Positions 58,689 to 64,000 of a stretch of DNA of 64,000 bases are shown here, piece after piece. Positions within the stretch are counted from its first letter, which is position 1; each line of letters starts with the position of its first letter. Made by a program: the position numbers and the translations under genes. The stretch is from positions 128,001 through 192,000 of the forward strand of contig OZ252149.1 in the NCBI GenBank assembly GCA_965248755.1, read 5' to 3'. The stretch is from Candidatus Latescibacterota bacterium. Its GTDB lineage: Bacteria > Latescibacterota > CBDEFO01. The notes beneath the pieces are model-generated. The model was given only the letters and a program-made list of their open reading frames with translations. It was not told where the DNA came from and did no database searches.

Positions 58689-60464
58689 CTACATACCCTC
58701 CCTATGATCACTTTTCGAATTGACCCGTGAGACGCCTTCTGCCTCTTCTGGCGTTAACCCATATACCTCGATTGCGGTGTGGGAGGAGATATAGCCTTGC
58801 TTCAGGTCATCTAGGATCAAGCTTCGGTCTCGCTCTGTGGGGTTGCCATAGCCACCTCCACCCGGTGAGACAATCATGATCCGGTCCCCTTCGTACAGCA
58901 CGCAATTGGCGAACTTGGACTCGGACTTGCTGCCAAACTCCTCAGGGAATGTTTTCCATTCTGTCGAACCTTTGCGTTGGACCAGGTAGGCACTGGTGCC
59001 TCCCGGCCCACCTCCGAAGCGTCCACAGGGAGCGATAAGATGGCGGTCAGCCAGCCCATTAACTTCGATCTCCGAGGCGGCACAGCGCATGATGCGCACG
59101 GTCCCCAGACCACCTCGCCAGCGCCCAGTCCCACCGGAATCCTGGGCCAGGGAGTATTCCTCTACCACCCAGGGGAAGCGGGTCTCATTAACTTCAACGC
59201 CCTGTACACGGGAGTTGCCGACCGGAGGCACGAAGACGGAATTACCATCTTTGGTCGCACGCGCTCCCCAACCGACGCCCTCCCATTGGTAGTTGGCATA
59301 CTGTTCTCCCGTCTCAGGATGAATGCCCCCATATGTGACATTGACGCACGTGCCCCCTTCGGTCCCCGTAACCCGTTCAGGGATCGCCTGGGCAAGGGCT
59401 CCCATAACAGCGTCCAGTACCCGGTTGTGGGTTTCGGTATTGCCGCCATACTGAGCACCTGGGTATTCCACATTGGTGATGCTGCGGGCCGGCGCAATGA
59501 TTTTGATAGGCCGGAAACAGCCCCCATTTGTCGTAATCGTGGGATCCGTCAACTCCAGGATAGCGTTGTATGTGGCAGAAGCTGTGACGCCGAAGGGACA
59601 GTTGATAGGACCCTTGACCTGGGGCGATGAGCCAGTGTAGTCAGCCACCAGCGTGTCTCCATCGACTAGAACACTGACTTTAATGGTGTACGGTCCATCC
59701 TCAGACACACCATCGTCATCCATGTATTCCTCGTACTCATAGAGGCCGTCGGGAATAGCGCGAATTTCCTCACGCATGCGGCGTTCCGAGTAATCTTTGA
59801 TAGCCTCCATGACCGCATTCACTGTCCCTAAGCCGTACCGGTCTAAAAGCTCTAACAGACGTCGCTCGCCGAGGAGTATCGAGGCATACATGGCGTTCAT
59901 ATCACCGTACGAATTTCGTGGGGTGCGTGTGTTAGACAGGTAGATACGCCAGACGTTGAGATCGGGTTCGCCTCGATTGAAGAGTTTGACAGGCGGCAGG
60001 CGGAAGCCTTCCATAAAGACATCCGTCGCGTCGCCGGGGAAGCCGCCTGGGGATTTCCCACCGACATCCACATGATGCGCGATGATGGAGGTTAGGGCCA
60101 AGAGTTCATCGTCCACAAAGATAGGTTTGATCATGGTGAACTCAGGTAAGTGGGTGCCACCACGATAGACGTCGTTGTGCAACAGGACGTCGTCCGGATA
60201 GAGGTTGTCAATGCCGATATCCTTGACACACCACTCCATGGTGAACTGGAGCGCCCCGAGCTGGGCCGGGCAGCCCACCCCCTGGGCTACCATTTCACAG
60301 CTCGGGTCGAACATGGCGATGGAGAAATCACGACCTTCGCTGAAGATCGGGGAGTACGCCGTCTTGATCATGGCGGTCCCCATCTCGTTGCAAATGGCAA
60401 CAAAGCTACTGCTAATGACTTCTAACGTGATCGGATCCAATTGCTCGGTGGTGGCTTGAACCAT
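58689..60464 (-). CDS. Hydantoinase B / 5-oxoprolinase subunit
   Basis: DPITLEVI, TAYSPIFSEGRDFS, NDVYRGGTHLPE, HHVDVGG, DSGGTGRWRGG, GGGGYG. Confidence 0.93.
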   Translation of the reverse strand: MVQATTEQLDPITLEVISSSFVAICNEMGTAMIKTAYSPIFSEGRDFSIAMFDPSCEMVAQGVGCPAQLGALQFTMEWCVKDIGIDNLYPDDVLLHNDVYRGGTHLPEFTMIKPIFVDDELLALTSIIAHHVDVGGKSPGGFPGDATDVFMEGFRLPPVKLFNRGEPDLNVWRIYLSNTRTPRNSYGDMNAMYASILLGERRLLELLDRYGLGTVNAVMEAIKDYSERRMREEIRAIPDGLYEYEEYMDDDGVSEDGPYTIKVSVLVDGDTLVADYTGSSPQVKGPINCPFGVTASATYNAILELTDPTITTNGGCFRPIKIIAPARSITNVEYPGAQYGGNTETHNRVLDAVMGALAQAIPERVTGTEGGTCVNVTYGGIHPETGEQYANYQWEGVGWGARATKDGNSVFVPPVGNSRVQGVEVNETRFPWVVEEYSLAQDSGGTGRWRGGLGTVRIMRCAASEIEVNGLADRHLIAPCGRFGGGPGGTSAYLVQRKGSTEWKTFPEEFGSKSESKFANCVLYEGDRIMIVSPGGGGYGNPTERDRSLILDDLKQGYISSHTAIEVYGLTPEEAEGVSRVNSKSDHREGM

Positions 60465-60469
60465 CTTCG

Positions 60470-62542
60470 TTATCCCTCCCGCGTCTTGCCGGTCCGCGTA
60501 CGAATCAGGATGTTGCCGTACCGGTCCACAGACGCTTCCTGACCTGAGTGAATCACAACAGTTGATTCTATCTCTTCGATCACACATGGCGCGGGGAGAG
60601 CAACCCCCACCGGCAACCGATCGCGATCCAGGATCGGGACGACCACCTTTCCACCTGCCTCTCTGAAGTAGACCGGACGCTCGGCCTTAACGGCCTCAGC
60701 AACAGTGCGATGTCCATCCGGCGGGGCTTGGGCCGTGGGCTTGGGGAGTTGCCCAATGACTGAGATTCGCAAGCTGACAATTTCGAACGGCTCATCGGGA
60801 ACGTAGTAGCCGTAGAGCTTCGAGTACTCCTCTTCGAAGGCGTGGACCAAATGGCTCAAGTCACTATCCGCGAAAAAGTCTGGCTTGACGGCAACTTGAA
60901 TCTCATAGTTCTGTCGCGCATACCGCATATCCACCGCATGCTGAATCCGCACCTCACCTTGATATCCCGCGCGGGTCAAATAGCACCGGCCCTGTCCTTC
61001 CATGCGAGCAAACATTTCCCGCACGACATCTACCTCGATGAGGCTGGCCGGGCGTACGTATGACTGCACCAAATCGTAGTGGATGTCGCCCAGTATCAGG
61101 CCCATCGCTGATAAGACGCCGGGATAAGGAGGTACAATGATGTATGGCATACCGAGTTCTTCCGCCAGCACACCAGCATGAACCGGTCCTGCACCGCCAA
61201 TGGCCACTAGCGCAAAATCACGCGGATCGTACCCGCGTTCTACCGAAATCTGACGGAAGAGGTGGATCATATTGGCGTTGGCGATGTCCAAGATGCCCTG
61301 GGCAGCATGTTCCAGACCCATGTTTAACGGTCTAGCCACTTTATCCTGGATTACACGGTGCGCGGCTTCGGCATCTAACCGCATCGCGCCGCCCAGCAGG
61401 TACTCAGGGTTAACACGCCCAAGCGTTACGTTGGCATCGGTCACCGTGGGCTCGGTACCGCCCGCCCCGTAGCACACCGGGCCGGGATCCGCGCCGGCGC
61501 TTTGGGGACCCACCTTCAACAGCCCACCTCGATCCATCCAGGCAATGCTACCCCCACCTGCACCGATGGTTAGGACATCCAGGGTGGGCACCTTCACTGG
61601 CACGCCCCACTCGATCTCGCCTTCCGTCGAATGCAGGGGACGTCCCTTGTAGATCAAGCTAACATCACAGCTCGTGCCGCCCATATCCAGGGTGATGACA
61701 CTCTCGAAGCCCGCCAACTCGCCGAAGAAACGTCCGGCCACCACCCCGCCGGCTGGGCCGGACAGCAGCGTATTGACGGGGAGTTCACGGCAGTCTTCCA
61801 CAGTGCTGATACCTCCGTTAGACTTCATAATGCTCACCGTACACTGAATGCCCAACGCGGCAATACGCTCCTCTAACTCAGTCAGGTATTGACTCATCTT
61901 GGGCTTAATGTAGGCATCTACCACCGCCGTACTGGTCCGCTCGTATTCGCGGAACTCGGGCATGACCTGGGACGAAATAGAAAGCGGCGCTTCTGGGTAG
62001 ATTTCCCGCACGATCTCTGCCACACGCTGTTCATGGTTGGGATACACGAAGGAGAAGAGCAAGCAGATGGCGATGGCCTCCACGCTTTCGGTTTTCATGA
62101 ACTCGGCCACTGTTCGCACACTTTCCTCGTCCAACGGCGTTAGCACGTGACCGCGATAGTCGACGCGTTCCCGTACACCCCTGCGGAGGTAGCGTGGCAC
62201 CAGCGGTTTCGGCTTGTCCCATTGCAGGTCATAGTGGTGCTGTCGATCACCTCTCTGAATTTCCAGAATGTCCTTGAACCCTTGTGTGGTGATCAGGCCG
62301 ACTTCGGCGCCCTTGCGTTCAATCACGGTGTTGGTGCCCAACGTCGTGCCGTGCACAAACGAAGCAATCTGGCCGGGTTCAACTCCACTGCGCTCCACTG
62401 CGGTGACAACCGCGTTCACAAGTTCTCTGGGTGTGGAAGGCACTTTAGTAATCGAAACGTTTCCCGAATCCTGATCTATGAGAACCAGGTCGGTGAATGT
62501 TCCTCCCACATCGACGCCCATGATGTATTTCGGTGGTGTCAT
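60470..62542 (-). CDS. Hydantoinase A / 5-oxoprolinase ATP-binding subunit
   Basis: GVDVGGTFTD, HGTT, EYERTST, SGPAGG, DMGGTS, IGAGGGS, SAGADPGP. Confidence 0.93.
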   Translation of the reverse strand: MTPPKYIMGVDVGGTFTDLVLIDQDSGNVSITKVPSTPRELVNAVVTAVERSGVEPGQIASFVHGTTLGTNTVIERKGAEVGLITTQGFKDILEIQRGDRQHHYDLQWDKPKPLVPRYLRRGVRERVDYRGHVLTPLDEESVRTVAEFMKTESVEAIAICLLFSFVYPNHEQRVAEIVREIYPEAPLSISSQVMPEFREYERTSTAVVDAYIKPKMSQYLTELEERIAALGIQCTVSIMKSNGGISTVEDCRELPVNTLLSGPAGGVVAGRFFGELAGFESVITLDMGGTSCDVSLIYKGRPLHSTEGEIEWGVPVKVPTLDVLTIGAGGGSIAWMDRGGLLKVGPQSAGADPGPVCYGAGGTEPTVTDANVTLGRVNPEYLLGGAMRLDAEAAHRVIQDKVARPLNMGLEHAAQGILDIANANMIHLFRQISVERGYDPRDFALVAIGGAGPVHAGVLAEELGMPYIIVPPYPGVLSAMGLILGDIHYDLVQSYVRPASLIEVDVVREMFARMEGQGRCYLTRAGYQGEVRIQHAVDMRYARQNYEIQVAVKPDFFADSDLSHLVHAFEEEYSKLYGYYVPDEPFEIVSLRISVIGQLPKPTAQAPPDGHRTVAEAVKAERPVYFREAGGKVVVPILDRDRLPVGVALPAPCVIEEIESTVVIHSGQEASVDRYGNILIRTRTGKTREG

Positions 62543-62849
62543 TGTCTCGGTCCTTGAACTTACCTCAACTTAATGTCTAGGGAAGCTTCGCCTCAAACCA
62601 GGGCTAGATATTGTGTATTGGATATTAGAGATTGGATTCTTGTTGTTAGTGAGCAATATCTAAAGGCGTTAGAAAGAATAAAACCTTCCAAAACGTAGCG
62701 GTAATGTTTATCATGTGGTCAGTTCATGTCGGGTATATTACAACAAAGGCACGTAAACTCTCATAGGATCATGATGACACTGCGTCTAGTCTGGCTGCGT
62801 TCTTCGATGCATGTCGCTTTCTCTGTCCACGCATCGCCTTCTCTCCCAG

Positions 62850-63151
62850 GTTCATCTTCGCTGTTCCTCTTGCAGATCTTTTGATTCCTCGTTTCTTCAT
62901 CCAGTTGTACAGGTTGCCCTCTGTGGTATGGTAATGCTGGGCAATGAATCTCTGGGTGAAACCATAGGGCAGAAGTGCCTCGATTTCGGGCTTGAAGGGA
63001 TCCAGTTTGCTTTTTCCCGTCCCTTTCAGCCTCCCCATTTTAATGCCCATAGTTTTCTTGACGCGCAGGGCTTCTTTGGTTCTTTGAGAAATCAGGTCCC
63101 GCTCGATTTCTGCTGCCATAGCAAAAGCCATCGCAAGAATCTTGCTCTGGA
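62850..63151 (-). pseudogene. Serine recombinase (resolvase) C-terminal fragment
   Basis: QSKILAMAFAMAAEIERDLISQRTKEAL...GR.KG.GKSKLD + HTH; catalytic N-terminus replaced by the IS1380 end. Confidence 0.8.
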
Positions 63152-63356
63152 CCGACATTCGCCATATCAAATTCATGAGGGATTATATTTCGATACAATC
63201 TTGTTTCTGAATGAATATTACCACTTTTACATTTTTCAACAAGTACTTTTTTCAATCAAAATAGTAATTTCCTCTGAATTATCACTTTCTTTGTGCTTAA
63301 ATCCTCCACTTGGAGACACCTCTCCATCGACTCACAAAAAAATGTGGCAGTTTAAA
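63152..63356 (-). mobile_element. IS1380 right-end remnant, third copy
   Basis: Near-identical to 38235-38439. Confidence 0.9.
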
Positions 63357-64000
63357 AGCCTTGTGAAAAACCCTTAAATCGAACAAATAGTATAAACACA
63401 TTGACGGAGCAATCTCCATGTATTATATTATATCATTGATAATATTATACATGGAGGGAATAATGACGCCACAAAAGAAGGAACAGACAAATCTGATATT
63501 TCACTATTTTCAGATGGAGGATTTAGTTCCCCAAGACCATATTCTCCGTCAAATTGATAAAGCGGTTGATTTTTCATTTGTACGAGACGTTGTGTCAGAT
63601 TGTTATTGCTCTGATAATGGCAGACCCGGTATTGATCCTGAATTAGTTATTCGAATGATCCTTATCGGCTATTTGTATAATTTGAGTGAGAATCGGCTTT
63701 GTCAGGAAGTGGCGATGCATGCGGCATATAGGTTGTTTTGTCATCAGACATTTGAGGATGAGGTTCCAGACAGAAGCACGATCAACAAGCTTCGCAATCA
63801 CAAGTGGGCATCTAGTGGATTGTTTGAACAGATAATGCGTTAGGTAGTCCAGCGCTGTATAGATGTCGGTCTTGTGAGCGGTAAACACTTAAGTGTTGAT
63901 GGCACTCAGATACGAGCGAATGCTTCGGTGAAGAGTATTGATCCGATAGAGCTTCCTGTTTCTCTTGATGACTACCTAAAGGAAATGGGTTTTGAAGGTG
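63357..64000 (+). mobile_element. IS1182-family element (transposase from 63463, in-frame TAG at 63841, runs off window)
   Basis: EDLVPQDHILRQID..VDFSFV...GRPGIDP...PDRST...VDGTQIRANAS; begins where IS1380 similarity ends. Confidence 0.85.

Overview
This 64-kb bacterial window is probably from an uncultured FCB-group or Latescibacterota-like organism; that is an inference from the FlgD/T9SS-type C-terminal domains, the FG-GAP protein and the expanded sugar-acid enzymes. Housekeeping-like genes (priA 3' end, a PLP aminotransferase, mscS, Fe-ADH, amrS, rhomboid, M23 peptidase, peptide ABC SBP) are interleaved with accessory DNA: (1) an expanded set of uronate-dehydrogenase-like SDR pairs with lactonases and an enolase-superfamily dehydratase; (2) a two-flavin-split-barrel + GAF-histidine kinase operon preceded by a candidate structured RNA; (3) a decaying GC-rich pentose-phosphate/glucan-hydrolase island; (4) a hydantoinase/oxoprolinase operon with a small Cys-rich third gene. 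Mobile DNA is dense. It includes an intact IS1380 that appears to have co-mobilised a passenger fragment, two further IS1380 right ends, MITEs, IS3/IS1595/IS1182/Tn3 remnants, an orphan integron cassette with attC, and REP-like repeats. The most unusual signal is a 21-bp palindrome (CCCCGATTGAATCTATCGGGG) that occurs as an insertion in MITEs, REPs, a transposase gene, other copies of itself, and (as a shorter variant) a protein-coding gene. All calls come from reading the sequence; no database searches were run.
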